A DNA stretch of 64,000 nt. Source: an uncultured Chloroflexia bacterium (GTDB lineage Bacteria > Chloroflexota > Limnocylindria > Limnocylindrales > CSP1-4). The position numbers and the translations under genes were made by a program. Within the stretch, counting starts at the first letter, position 1; each line of letters begins with the position of its first letter. Of this stretch, positions 1 through 9,935 are shown piece after piece. Location of the stretch: contig CAVVCZ010000004.1 in the NCBI GenBank assembly GCA_963746845.1, positions 800,001-864,000 on the forward strand, given 5' to 3'. Under the pieces are notes generated by a model. The model was not told the DNA's origin and searched no databases. It saw only the letters and a program-made list of their open reading frames with translations.

Positions 1-927
1 CATGACCACCTGGTCCTCGACCTGGCGGACGACGAAGTAGATGACGATGACGACGATCGCGAGCTGCGCGCCGCCATGTGCGAAGGCATCGATCCCGGCG
101 ATGGCCGTCGCGATCAATGGGCCGATCAACGGGATGATCTCGAGGAACCCGGTCAGGATCGCGATCCCCAGGGCGTACGGCAGGTGGAGGATCGGGCCGA
201 GCGCGATGTAGATCACGAACGCGACGAAGGCGATCAGGACGAGCTGGCCGCGCAGCCACTTGCCCAGGACCTCGTGGATCCGGCCGAGCAGCTCGAAGGT
301 GTGCTCGCGATGCCGGAACGGCAGCGTCGAGATCGTCCGCTGCCAGAGCATCGGTCCGTCGACGAGGAAGTAGAACGTGACGATCAGCGCCAGGATCGTC
401 TCGAGCAGCACGGAGCCGATCTGGCCCGCGATGTGGGCGGCGTCGCCGGGTGATGCGAGGAGCCCGCCGGCCCTCGTCTGGATCTCGCGCGCGATGTCGG
501 CGACCGTGATCTGCTGGCCGCCGATGTCGATGGTGTCCTTCCCGATCAGCTCGCGGAGGAGCTTGCTGAGCGAGTCCGGGCCGGATGCCGCCAGGAGCGA
601 GACCTCGTTCGCGATCCGGCCGACGAGCAGGACCCCCGCGACGATCAGCAAGGCCACGACGAAGACGTACGCGATCCCGACGACCACGATCCTCGGCCAG
701 CCGGTCCTCCGGACGGCTCGCCCGACGAGAGGCGAGAAGGCGTAGGCGAGGACGGCGGCCAGGATGAACGGGGCCAGGACCTCGCGGGCGAGCCAGAGGA
801 CAATCCCGACACCGACGATGAGCCAGAGGAACGGCGCGCGGCTGCGCGTGTCGGTCCCGACGGCCGCGGTCCCTGACACGTCCTGGGAGGACGCTGACAA
901 CGCGGCGCTCGGGACCTCCTCGGTCAT
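1..927 (-). CDS. AI-2E family transporter (3' end runs off window)
   Basis: Own translation from ATG at 927: multi-TM protein with LAPFILAAVLAYAFSPLV, TFYFLVDG, WLRGQL, LEIIPLIGP, RQVEDQVVM motifs typical of AI-2E/PerM; absent from the ORF track because it is open at the edge. Confidence 0.85.
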   Translation of the reverse strand, partial: MTEEVPSAALSASSQDVSGTAAVGTDTRSRAPFLWLIVGVGIVLWLAREVLAPFILAAVLAYAFSPLVGRAVRRTGWPRIVVVGIAYVFVVALLIVAGVLLVGRIANEVSLLAASGPDSLSKLLRELIGKDTIDIGGQQITVADIAREIQTRAGGLLASPGDAAHIAGQIGSVLLETILALIVTFYFLVDGPMLWQRTISTLPFRHREHTFELLGRIHEVLGKWLRGQLVLIAFVAFVIYIALGPILHLPYALGIAILTGFLEIIPLIGPLIATAIAGIDAFAHGGAQLAIVVIVIYFVVRQVEDQVVM

Positions 928-932
928 GCCGG

Positions 933-1769
933 CTACTCGACCGTCGCTGCGAGCCGGACGCCGGCGAGGAAGCCGCGGTAGGCCGTGATCGGGTCCGGAC
1001 CCGGGTGCCGGACCGTTCGGTCGCCGACCCGCTCGGCGTTCGGGACGATCGCGGCATAGTCCGCTTCCAGCCCGCGGCGATAGTCGACCTCGATCACGAC
1101 CGGCGGCCCGACCTCGAGGAGGCGGAGCTCGCCGGCGGCCGCGCGCGTGACCGCCCGGGCGGCCCCGTCGCGGATCGCCGCCCGGGCGCGTTCGGGGTGG
1201 AGCGAGGCCGCCGCGTTCGTTCCGAAGCCCTCCTTGACCACGACCCGCTCCGCCCACGGCAGCCAGCCCGCCACCTCGACCGCGAGCGCGTCGTCCCCGG
1301 CCACGAGCCCGACGGGGATGCCCCATGCGCCGAGGGCCAGGGCGTTGAAGCCGTACTCGCCCGTCGGACGGCCGTCGAGACGGGTTTCGACGGGTCCGCC
1401 GGTGTAGGTGTGGGCGATCGTGCCGGTCGGGTGCCCGGCGCGCGCGTGGTAGCCGACGAACAGCGCGACATCGAATGCCGGACGGCCGTCGCGCGGGGCG
1501 GCGCCGGCCACCATCGACCAGGGCTTCTGTCCCTGCAGAAGACGCGCGGCGGGATCCAGGTCGATCGGGCGGAGGTTGTACATCCCACCGTGGCTGTCGT
1601 TGACGAGGATGTCCGTCGCGCCTGCCGAGAGGGCACCGGCGATCGCGGCGTTCGTCTCGCCGACCATCAGCTCGACCGCTGCCGGGTACTCGCTGTCGGC
1701 GCGGCTCGTGGGCTTCGGATGGCTGACGCCCGCGATCCCTTCCATGTCGACGCTGATGTAGACCCGCAT
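933..1769 (-). CDS. M55 family D-aminopeptidase (DppA-like)
   Basis: ISVDMEGIAG, VNDSHG and GYHA motifs; 278 aa. Confidence 0.9.
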   Translation of the reverse strand: MRVYISVDMEGIAGVSHPKPTSRADSEYPAAVELMVGETNAAIAGALSAGATDILVNDSHGGMYNLRPIDLDPAARLLQGQKPWSMVAGAAPRDGRPAFDVALFVGYHARAGHPTGTIAHTYTGGPVETRLDGRPTGEYGFNALALGAWGIPVGLVAGDDALAVEVAGWLPWAERVVVKEGFGTNAAASLHPERARAAIRDGAARAVTRAAAGELRLLEVGPPVVIEVDYRRGLEADYAAIVPNAERVGDRTVRHPGPDPITAYRGFLAGVRLAATVE

Positions 1770-1827
1770 TCCGCCTCCGTCCGCCCGCGCGTCCCGAGTC
1801 AGAGGGGACCGCGTTCGCAGCGTAGCG

Positions 1828-2388
1828 CTACCAGACGTCGCCGGGGCGCCAGTCGCAGACGATCGGGCCGGTCTCCTCGAACGGCGGTGTGGTCGGCGTC
1901 CGCAGGACCATCACGAACCCGTCGTCGTCCGGCGTCCGCCGATCCCCGTCCGGCGCCCGCACGGCCGTCGGGCCGGCCCACGTGCGCCAGCCGAGCCGCT
2001 CGTAGAAGTGGCTCGCCCCGGTCCCGAGCGCTCCGAGCTCGAAGCCGGCGCGGATCAACTCGTCGATCGCCTCCATGACGACCGTGCCGAGACCGTCACC
2101 CTGCCGGCCCGGCTCGACCGCGACCGCCTCGACGTACCCGGTGTGCAATGCCCGGTCGCCGACACGCACCACGCGTTCGACCACGCTGGCGTGGGCGACG
2201 ATCGCGCCGTCCTGATCGACGATGACGTGGGTTCCGCCGAGGGCGTGCTCCCAGTCGTCGTCATCGAACCGCTCCTCGGGGTCGTCGTCATGGAAGGCGT
2301 CGTCCAGGAGGGCCCGGAGGGCCGTCCGCTCGCGCGCGGTGAGCTCGCTCGTCTGCAGGCGTCGAAGACGCTGTCCGGTGGTGTCCAT
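1828..2388 (-). CDS. GNAT acetyltransferase, aminoglycoside 2'-N-acetyltransferase AAC(2')-like
   Basis: DDWEHALGGTH, GYVEAVAV, LGALG, FYERLGW and C-terminal CDWRPGDVW resemble mycobacterial AAC(2')-I. Confidence 0.8.
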   Translation of the reverse strand: MDTTGQRLRRLQTSELTARERTALRALLDDAFHDDDPEERFDDDDWEHALGGTHVIVDQDGAIVAHASVVERVVRVGDRALHTGYVEAVAVEPGRQGDGLGTVVMEAIDELIRAGFELGALGTGASHFYERLGWRTWAGPTAVRAPDGDRRTPDDDGFVMVLRTPTTPPFEETGPIVCDWRPGDVW

Positions 2389-2442
2389 GCACGGGCCAGC
2401 CTAGCCAGTGGAACCGCTTGCGTGCCGTGCGATGATCCGCGC

Positions 2443-2655
2443 ATGGTCGAGTACGGCAACGGGGTCAGCCAGGGCGCGGGTCAGGTCGCCGGTGGCCACG
2501 GCGGCGGTGGCGGCGGCAACGTTGATCTCGGGGCGGCCGTCGGGAACTGGTTCAGCCAGGCGGGGCACACGCTCGCCACGATGCCCGCCTGGGAGCTGGC
2601 GATCGTGGTCGTCGCGATCATCGCGGGCCTGTTCCTGATCCGCCGCCTGATCTGA
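2443..2655 (+). CDS. small Gly-rich protein with C-terminal TM helix (70 aa)
   Basis: ATG 6 nt after TGcGATGAT; MVEYGNG...GGGG...WELAIVVVAIIAGLFLIRRLI; host-like codons. Confidence 0.6.
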   Translation: MVEYGNGVSQGAGQVAGGHGGGGGGNVDLGAAVGNWFSQAGHTLATMPAWELAIVVVAIIAGLFLIRRLI

Positions 2656-2680
2656 TCCCCTCGAGGTTCGGCGATGCCGA

Positions 2681-4075
2681 TCAGCGGGCCGCCGGCGCCA
2701 CGTTCTGGTTGCGGTGGAATACGTTGTCCGGGTCGTACCGGCGCTTGATCGCCGCCAGGCGGTCCCACGTCGCGCCCGGGTAGGCGTCCCGGACCCGCGC
2801 CGGGCCTTCGTCCATCAGGAAGTTCACGTAGGCGGCGTGGTCATCCCCGCGCAGGTCGTCGGTCAGCTGCTCCACCCACTCGGTGCGGTTGAGCCGGTCC
2901 GATTCACCCTCGTAGAACGCGGCGACATTGACCATGATCCGCCGCCCCCGGTGGGCGTATGCGGTCGCATCCGGCCCGACCCGGGCCGCGGCCCCGCCGA
3001 GCACCCGGATCTGGGCCACCCGCATCGCGGCATCCGATTCGCGAAGCCGCTCGACGACGAGCGTGGCGTCGTCGTGGCCGAACCGGTCCATGAACAGGTT
3101 CCGGGCCACGGCGGTCGGGTGGTAGTCCGCGTCCTCGGGCGGGAACATCTCCGGGTACCCGCTCGGATGGACGAGGTCCGCCAGGGGCGTCGCGAGGGCC
3201 CGGAGCGGGGCGATCGCGGCATCGCCGTCGGGCACATCGCCGGACCAGACGATCAGGGCGAAGATCACGAGCTCTCCGTGATGCTCCTCGGCGACGAACG
3301 GCATCGGCGGGCACGGCATCACGTTCGCGATCGTCGACAGCTCGTCCGGGGCCGCGTCGGCGGCCGCGATGAACCCCGCCACCGTGTCCGCGGTCGCCGG
3401 CAGGATCAGCATCCCACCCACGATCCCGGGCAGCTCGTGGAGCCGGTATCGGAACCGCGTGGCGATCCCGACGTTCCCGCCGCCGCCGCGGATGGCCCAG
3501 AACAGGTCCGGCTCGTGATCGGCGTCCACCCGGTGGATCGTGCCGTCGGCGGTCACGATCTCGGCGGCGAGCAGGCTGTCGATCGTCAGGCCGTGCTTTC
3601 GGACGAGATAGCCGATGCCGCCACCGGTCGTGATCCCACCGATCCCGACGGAGCCCGTGTCGCCGAACCCGATGGCGAGACCGTCCTCGGCAAGAGCCGT
3701 GGTCACCTCCATCGCCGTGAGGCCCGCACCTGCCCAGGCAGAGCGATCCGCCGCGTCGACGTCCAGCTCGCGCAGCTCGCCGAGGTGGATGACGATCCCC
3801 CCGTCGGTCGATCCGTGAGCAGCGCCGCTGTGGCCGCCGCTCCGGACGGCAATCTCCGCGTCATGCTCGCGGGCCACCTCGAGGACGGTCGCGATGTCGG
3901 CGGCGTCGGCGACACGGACGATCGCGGCGGGGCGCAGGTCGAAGCCGCCATACATCACGGTGCGAGCGGTGTCGTAGTCGGTGTCGGCCGGGGTGATCAC
4001 CCGGCCCCGGGCTCGGGTGCGGAGCGCGTCGACGGCGTCGACGAGTGGGGTCTCGAGGGTCACGATGTTCTCCAC
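2681..4075 (-). CDS. FAD-binding oxidoreductase, berberine-bridge-enzyme family
   Basis: RSGGHS covalent-FAD motif, GGGIGYL, LFWAIRGGGGN, C-terminal YVNF...LAAIKRRYDPDNVF. Confidence 0.9.
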   Translation of the reverse strand: MENIVTLETPLVDAVDALRTRARGRVITPADTDYDTARTVMYGGFDLRPAAIVRVADAADIATVLEVAREHDAEIAVRSGGHSGAAHGSTDGGIVIHLGELRELDVDAADRSAWAGAGLTAMEVTTALAEDGLAIGFGDTGSVGIGGITTGGGIGYLVRKHGLTIDSLLAAEIVTADGTIHRVDADHEPDLFWAIRGGGGNVGIATRFRYRLHELPGIVGGMLILPATADTVAGFIAAADAAPDELSTIANVMPCPPMPFVAEEHHGELVIFALIVWSGDVPDGDAAIAPLRALATPLADLVHPSGYPEMFPPEDADYHPTAVARNLFMDRFGHDDATLVVERLRESDAAMRVAQIRVLGGAAARVGPDATAYAHRGRRIMVNVAAFYEGESDRLNRTEWVEQLTDDLRGDDHAAYVNFLMDEGPARVRDAYPGATWDRLAAIKRRYDPDNVFHRNQNVAPAAR

Positions 4076-4152
4076 GCTGGGCAGGGTGTGGTGGGCTGGT
4101 CACGATACCGACCGGTGGTTCGCCCGAAACTCATCGGCGCGGCGGTCGGAGG

Positions 4153-5121
4153 TCAGTCGAGGTGCGCCGGCAGCCCGAACAGCGGGAAGAACCGCTGGGT
4201 ATCGAGGAAGAAGGTGACCGCCCGGATGCGATCGCCGTCGAGCTCGAGGACCTGGAGCGACCACGGCGCATGCCCGCCGGCGGGGTCCGGCTTGTACTGG
4301 CCGTAGGCCGGCATCCCGTTCGCCTCCGTCGGGATCAGCCGCGAACCCTCGCACGCGTAACCCGGGCCGACGCACCACTTGACGATGTCGTCGTGGGTCT
4401 GGAGCCAGAGGTCGTAGGGCGGCATCGACCACTGCGCGTCCTCGCGCAGGAGCGACGTGAGTGCCGTCATGTCGTACCGCTCGAACGCGGCCACGTAGCG
4501 GTCCAGCAGCGCCTGCTGCTCCCCATCGAGGGGTGGCGCCGGAGCGCCCGCATCGAGGTTCCGGCTGCCGAGGGTCGCTCGCGCCCGCTGGAGCGCGCTG
4601 TTCACCGAGGCAACGGTCGTATCGAGCAGCTCCGCGACCTCATCTGCGTGCCAGTGGAGCACCTCGCGCAGGATCAGGACGGCCCGCTGGCGCGGCGGCA
4701 GATGCTGGAGCGCCGCGACGAACGCCAGCTTGACGCTCTCTCGCGCGATTGCGACATCCGCCGGATCGCCGGCGGTCGGCAGCACCCGGCCGTCCGGGAC
4801 GGGCTCGATGAACCGGTCCTCGGGGAGCGCGTCGGGCAGCGGCGTGTCGGCGCCTCGGGCGGGGCGCATGTCCACCGGACGGGCGCGGCGCTGGCTCGCG
4901 CCGAGCATGTCGAGACACACGTTCGTTGCAATCCGGTACAGCCATGAGCGCAGGCTGGATCGTCCTTCGAAGGTGGACAGCCCGCGCCACGCGCGGATGA
5001 ACGTCTCCTGGACGGCGTCCTCCGCCTCGAAGGCGGCGCCGAGCATCCGGTAGCAGTAGCCGGTCAGCTCGACCCGGTGACGCTCGAGATCGATGGCGGG
5101 CGCGGTCGCGAGTTCGGTCAT
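4153..5121 (-). CDS. ECF sigma-70 factor with C-terminal SnoaL-like domain (SigG-like)
   Basis: AEDAVQETF, WLYRIATN, LPPRQRAVLILR, SALQRAR plus C-terminal SMPP...ANG.PA extension. Confidence 0.9.
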   Translation of the reverse strand: MTELATAPAIDLERHRVELTGYCYRMLGAAFEAEDAVQETFIRAWRGLSTFEGRSSLRSWLYRIATNVCLDMLGASQRRARPVDMRPARGADTPLPDALPEDRFIEPVPDGRVLPTAGDPADVAIARESVKLAFVAALQHLPPRQRAVLILREVLHWHADEVAELLDTTVASVNSALQRARATLGSRNLDAGAPAPPLDGEQQALLDRYVAAFERYDMTALTSLLREDAQWSMPPYDLWLQTHDDIVKWCVGPGYACEGSRLIPTEANGMPAYGQYKPDPAGGHAPWSLQVLELDGDRIRAVTFFLDTQRFFPLFGLPAHLD

Positions 5122-5183
5122 CGACCCATTGTGCCCGGCCGGGTGGATGTCGTGCGGAAACCGGTTGGTATCGTTGGGCGCAG

Positions 5184-6164
5184 ATGCCCATCGTCGACGT
5201 GCACACCCACATGTTCACCCGCCACTGGCTGGAGCTCGTGCGGACCCGTGGCACGCCGTACGGCATCCAGGTGCGGCCCGATGGGCGCGAAGAGGTCTTC
5301 CGGGGCCCCACACCGGTCGTGTTCCCGCAGCCCGGTCACTTCGACTACGACCTCCGGCTCGCCGCGATGGACGGCGCCGGGATCGACGTCTCCATCGTCT
5401 CGTTGACCTGCCCGAACGTCTACTGGGGCGGCGAGGACGTCAGCACGGCCGCCGCCCGCGACTCGAACGCCTCGATGGCCGACTCCTGGCGCGCGTACCC
5501 GGATCGGATTCGCTGGTTCGCCTCGTTGCCCTGGGAATACCCTGAGCGGGCGATCGAGGAGCTGGCGCGCAGCTGCGACGACGGGGCGAGCGGCGTGATG
5601 GTCCTCGCGAACGTGGCCGGACGCAGCCTCACGGAAGAAGCGTTCGCGCCGATCTGGGCCGAGATCGATCGCCGCGCGCTGCCGGTCCTCGTCCACCCTG
5701 GCGAGCCGCCCGGGGCCGATCTGATGGACATGGGCCGCTACGACCTCAGCTGGTCGGTCGGCTTCATGTTCGACACCACCCTGGCGCTCACCCGGCTGAT
5801 CTTCGACGGCTTCCTCGACCGGCACCCGAACCTCAAGCTGATCGCCGCGCACGGCGGCGGGACCCTCCCCTACCTCGTGGGGCGGTTCGAGAAGGGCGAC
5901 GCGGTCGAGCTGGCCGAGCGCCGCCGGATGACCGCCCATCCGACGGACTACCTCCGTCGGATCTGGTACGACTGCATCACCTACGACCCGGGAGCCCTGC
6001 GCTACCTGATCTCCGTGGTCGGGCCCGAGCGCGTCCTGTTCGGGACCGACTGGCCGCACCAGGTCCACGACGTCGTGGGCTCGCTCGCGAACACCGCGGC
6101 GCTGCCGGCGGACCAGCGGGACGCGATCCGTGGCGCCAACGCGGTCGCCCTGTTCGGGTTGTAG
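5184..6164 (+). CDS. amidohydrolase 2 family protein (ACMSD-like)
   Basis: DVHTH metal motif, LVHP, AHGGGTLP, FGTDWPH. Confidence 0.85.
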   Translation: MPIVDVHTHMFTRHWLELVRTRGTPYGIQVRPDGREEVFRGPTPVVFPQPGHFDYDLRLAAMDGAGIDVSIVSLTCPNVYWGGEDVSTAAARDSNASMADSWRAYPDRIRWFASLPWEYPERAIEELARSCDDGASGVMVLANVAGRSLTEEAFAPIWAEIDRRALPVLVHPGEPPGADLMDMGRYDLSWSVGFMFDTTLALTRLIFDGFLDRHPNLKLIAAHGGGTLPYLVGRFEKGDAVELAERRRMTAHPTDYLRRIWYDCITYDPGALRYLISVVGPERVLFGTDWPHQVHDVVGSLANTAALPADQRDAIRGANAVALFGL

Positions 6165-6179
6165 CGCGATGCGGCGGTC

Positions 6180-7823
6180 ATGAGCTCCGGCGGGCGCCCC
6201 CTGGCCGCCGAGCCCGTGCCGCGGATCTGGTTCCTCCTCCTCATCCTGCCGATCCTCGGGCTCGTGCTGCTGCTCGCCGAGCCCGGCCTGGATCTCCAGT
6301 GGGAGCACCATCCGAGCCACTTCTGGCTCGTCCTCGCGACGGCCGCCGTCAGCGTCGCGCTGGCGTACGTCACGAGCGCCGTGGCCGGCCGCCAGCGGGA
6401 CGCCCGCCTCGTCCTGATCTCGCTTGCGTTCTTCGCGGCCGCGGGGTTCCTCGGGCTCCACGCGCTCGCGACGCCCGGAGTCCTGCTGGCCGGCTCGAAC
6501 AAGGGCTTCGTGATCGCGACCCCGGTCGGGCTGTTCATCGCGGCGGTCTTCTCGGCCTGCTCGGTGACGGGCCTCGGCGGCCCACGGGCGCAGGTCGTGC
6601 TCCGCCGACGGACGACGATGCTCGTCGGGCTGAGCCTCCTGATGATCGTCTGGGCGGTCTTCTCGATCGCCGGGATCCCGCCCCTGGACGGAGCGCTGCC
6701 GCCGGGCGAGGCCGCCGGCCCGCTCACGGTCCTCGCGGTCGTCAGCGTGGTCCTGTACGCGTTCGCGGCGTGGCGGTCGTTCGACTTCTATCGACGACGC
6801 CGCGGGACGATGATCCTCGCCATCACCGTGGCACTGGTCCTCCTCGGCGAGTCGATGATCGCGGTCGTCCTGAGCCGGAACTGGCGGCTGAGCTGGTGGG
6901 AGTGGCACATCCTGATGCTCCTCGCCTTCCTCGCGATCGCCGCCGGTGCCCGGAGCGAGTACCGCCGCAGCGGATCGCTGACCGCGGCGTTCGGCGGCCT
7001 GTACCTCGATGCCACCCTGGCCCGGCTCGACCAGTGGCACGCGCGGGCGATCGCCGCCGTGGCGGCGGCGGACGAACGAGGCGAGTCCACGGCGCCGATC
7101 CTCGAGGAGCTCCGACGCGACGGCGCAAGCGGTGACGAGGTCGCGCTCGTCGAGCAGGCGGCCGGCGAGGTTCGCCGGCTCGACCGCCTGTTCCGGCCGT
7201 TCCTGCCGTCGCAGGTCGCCGATCGGCTCGTCGCGGAGCCCGGCACCGGCGACCTGGGCGGGGTCGAGCGACGAGTCAGCGTCCTGTTCGCCGACCTGGC
7301 CGGGTTCACCTCCTTCAGCGAGACCCGCTCGCCGTCCGAGGTGATCGCGATGCTGAACAGCTACTGGGCGGTCGTCGTCCCGGTCATCGACGCGAACGGC
7401 GGCGTCGTCGAGCAGTTCGCGGGTGACGGGGTCATGGCCAGCTACAACACGGCGACCGATCAGCCGGACCACGCGCTCCGGGCCGCTCGGACGGGCCTGG
7501 CGATCGTCGCCGCCGGACGACCACTCGCGGCCACCCACGCCGGCTGGCCGATCTTCCGGATCGGCATCAACACCGGGCCGGCGGTCGTCGGCAACGTCGG
7601 CGCCGAAGGGCGGCGGAGCTTCGCGGTGATCGGCGACACGGTCAACACGGCCTCGCGGCTGATGGCGCTCGGCAAGCCCGGGCAGGTCGTGGTGTCCGCG
7701 CCGACGTGGTCGGCCCTGGGAGACGATCGGTCAGGCCTCGCTCTCGGGCCGGCGGAGGTCAAGGGCAAGCGCCTCCCAGTCGATGCCTGGGTCCTGACGG
7801 GCCTCGAGCGGGACCTCTCATGA
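6180..7823 (+). CDS. membrane-bound class III nucleotidyl cyclase
   Basis: Multi-TM N-terminus; FADLAGFT, FAGDG, RIGINTG, GDTVNTASRL, VKGK. Confidence 0.88.
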   Translation: MSSGGRPLAAEPVPRIWFLLLILPILGLVLLLAEPGLDLQWEHHPSHFWLVLATAAVSVALAYVTSAVAGRQRDARLVLISLAFFAAAGFLGLHALATPGVLLAGSNKGFVIATPVGLFIAAVFSACSVTGLGGPRAQVVLRRRTTMLVGLSLLMIVWAVFSIAGIPPLDGALPPGEAAGPLTVLAVVSVVLYAFAAWRSFDFYRRRRGTMILAITVALVLLGESMIAVVLSRNWRLSWWEWHILMLLAFLAIAAGARSEYRRSGSLTAAFGGLYLDATLARLDQWHARAIAAVAAADERGESTAPILEELRRDGASGDEVALVEQAAGEVRRLDRLFRPFLPSQVADRLVAEPGTGDLGGVERRVSVLFADLAGFTSFSETRSPSEVIAMLNSYWAVVVPVIDANGGVVEQFAGDGVMASYNTATDQPDHALRAARTGLAIVAAGRPLAATHAGWPIFRIGINTGPAVVGNVGAEGRRSFAVIGDTVNTASRLMALGKPGQVVVSAPTWSALGDDRSGLALGPAEVKGKRLPVDAWVLTGLERDLS

Positions 7824-7885
7824 ACCGCTCACGGCTCGCGCGATAGGGTCGGTCCGCAACCGAACCCGCCCGACGGAGACCCGCG

Positions 7886-8818
7886 ATGATCGCCCAACGA
7901 CCGGACCGACGCGCCGCCCCGACGCCGACCTATGAGGGCCGCCCGCTCCACGACCCGACCGAGCCCGTCGTCGATCAGGGCCTCGCCTTCGACCTCGAGA
8001 CGCTCCTGACCCGCCGCTCCATGCTCAAGGCGATCGGGCTGGGCGGCGTCAGCGCGGGTCTCGTCACCCTGGCCGCGTGCAGCCCGACGGCGAGCGGGTC
8101 ACCATCGACGTCGTCGACGGCTGGCTCCGGCGCGGGCGCGAGCGCGAGCGCCGGCAGCTCCGCGGCGGCCGCGGCGGACTGCGCCACGATCATCCCGGAA
8201 GAGACCGCCGGCCCCTTCCCGGGCGACGGATCGAACGGGCCGGACGTGCTGACCCAGAGCGGCGTGGTCCGGACGGACATCCGATCGAGCTTCGGGACGT
8301 CGACCACGACGGCGCAGGGCGTGCCCCTCACGATCCGCTTCGCCCTCCTCGACGCCGCGAAGGGCTGTGCGCCGCTCGCGAACGCCGCCGTCTACGCCTG
8401 GCACTGCGACCGCGACGGCAACTACTCGATGTACTCGCAGGGCGTCACGAACGAGAACTACCTGCGCGGGGTCCAGGCGACCGGGGCGGACGGCGTCGCC
8501 ACGTTCACGAGCATCTTCCCGGCCTGCTACCAGGGACGATGGCCGCACGTCCACTTCGAGGTCTATCCGGCCCTCGACAAGGCCACCGATCCAGCGAACC
8601 GGATCGCGACCTCGCAGATCGCGCTTCCGGCCGACATCTGCAAGGGGGTCTACGCGACCGACGGATACGGCAGCAGCCTCTCGACCTTCGCCGGAGTCTC
8701 CCTCGCGAGCGACATGGTGTTCGGCAACGACGGCGGGATCCACCAGATCGGCGCGATGTCCGGCACGATCGCGGACGGCCTCACGGTCGAGCTTCCGGTC
8801 CCGGTGCAGACCGCGTAG
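7886..8818 (+). CDS. intradiol ring-cleavage dioxygenase-like protein, probable Tat lipoprotein
   Basis: TRRSMLK Tat motif, LAAC lipobox, ETAGPF, WHCD..G.YS, LRG, CYQGRWPHVHF. Confidence 0.85.
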   Translation: MIAQRPDRRAAPTPTYEGRPLHDPTEPVVDQGLAFDLETLLTRRSMLKAIGLGGVSAGLVTLAACSPTASGSPSTSSTAGSGAGASASAGSSAAAAADCATIIPEETAGPFPGDGSNGPDVLTQSGVVRTDIRSSFGTSTTTAQGVPLTIRFALLDAAKGCAPLANAAVYAWHCDRDGNYSMYSQGVTNENYLRGVQATGADGVATFTSIFPACYQGRWPHVHFEVYPALDKATDPANRIATSQIALPADICKGVYATDGYGSSLSTFAGVSLASDMVFGNDGGIHQIGAMSGTIADGLTVELPVPVQTA

Positions 8819-8922
8819 GGTCCGCCGTCAGCGCCAGAAGGTGTCGTGCCGGAGCATGAACGCCGTGCGTTCCTCGTCCGCCCCGTCCGCCCGGCGACGA
8901 GCGCCGCACCTAGACTGCGGAC

Positions 8923-9735
8923 ATGGCCGACAGCCCGGGCTGGCAGGCGCTCCTTCGCGGCAACCCGGAGGCGATGAATCGGACCCGCAGCCGGTTCCGC
9001 CACGTGCCGAGCCCGCCGCGCTGCAAGATGTGCTACGCCCCGTTCGCGGGAATCGGCGGCGTCATCCTGCGGCCGTGGTTCGGCCCGTGGGAGGCCAACC
9101 CGCAGCTCTGCAAGACGTGCTTCCGGACCCTGACCAAGGCCGGCCCGGGCGGCGCCGAGGTCCACGTCGGGCTCCTGTTCGCCGACATCCGCGGCTCGAC
9201 CGGTCTCGCCGAGCGCGTCGGGCCCGCCGCCTTCTCGGCCGTCCTCCAGGCGTTCTACGGCCATGCCGTCGATGCCATCGAGCGGTCGAACGGGATCGTG
9301 GACAAGTTCGTCGGCGACGAGGCGATCGGCCTGTTCATCCCCGGGCTCACCGGCGACGACTTCGTCGCGCGTGCCGTCGAGGCCGGTCGCTCGCTGATCG
9401 ACGCGGTCGGCGCCACCGACGCCAGCCCGGGAGGCCCGATCCCCGTCGGTGCCGCGGTCCACTCCGGCGTGGCGTTCGTCGGCACGGTCGGGCCGGCGGG
9501 CGAGATCGGCGACTTCACGGCGCTCGGGGATCCGGTCAACACGACGGCCCGTCTGGCCTCAATCGCCGCGGCCGGCGAGCTGTACGTCTCCGTCGAGGCC
9601 GCGGAACGTGCGGGTCTCGACGCGACAGGTCTGAACCCTCGTTCTGTCGAGGTCCGCGGTCGGGAGGCGACCGTCGACGTGTTCGTGATCGGCTCGGCGC
9701 AGCGCGCAGCGGTCCGCGGAGACGCGGTACCCTGA
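8923..9735 (+). CDS. adenylate cyclase (class III) with N-terminal Cys4 module
   Basis: CKMC...CKTC; FADIRGST, DKFVGD, DFTALGDPVNTTARL. Confidence 0.85.
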   Translation: MADSPGWQALLRGNPEAMNRTRSRFRHVPSPPRCKMCYAPFAGIGGVILRPWFGPWEANPQLCKTCFRTLTKAGPGGAEVHVGLLFADIRGSTGLAERVGPAAFSAVLQAFYGHAVDAIERSNGIVDKFVGDEAIGLFIPGLTGDDFVARAVEAGRSLIDAVGATDASPGGPIPVGAAVHSGVAFVGTVGPAGEIGDFTALGDPVNTTARLASIAAAGELYVSVEAAERAGLDATGLNPRSVEVRGREATVDVFVIGSAQRAAVRGDAVP

Positions 9736-9935
9736 GCGGCCTGATGCGCGGATTGCTCGCCCGACGTCCCGAGGACGCCTGGCGCTCCCTGATCTCGAAC
9801 CAGAACGGCTGAGCCGCCCCTTCCAGCACCAGCGTCGGTGGAAGGGGCGAGGATCGGACGCGTGCCGCTCGTCGCAGCCGAATCGGCTGCGCGCCTCGCG
9901 TCGTCGCTCGCCCGTCGAGTCACGGAGCCAGACCC

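Noticed and set aside
6180-9735. Cyclases as a Pycsar/CBASS anti-phage system
   Set aside because: No adjacent cNMP-binding TIR or TM effector and no defence-island context.
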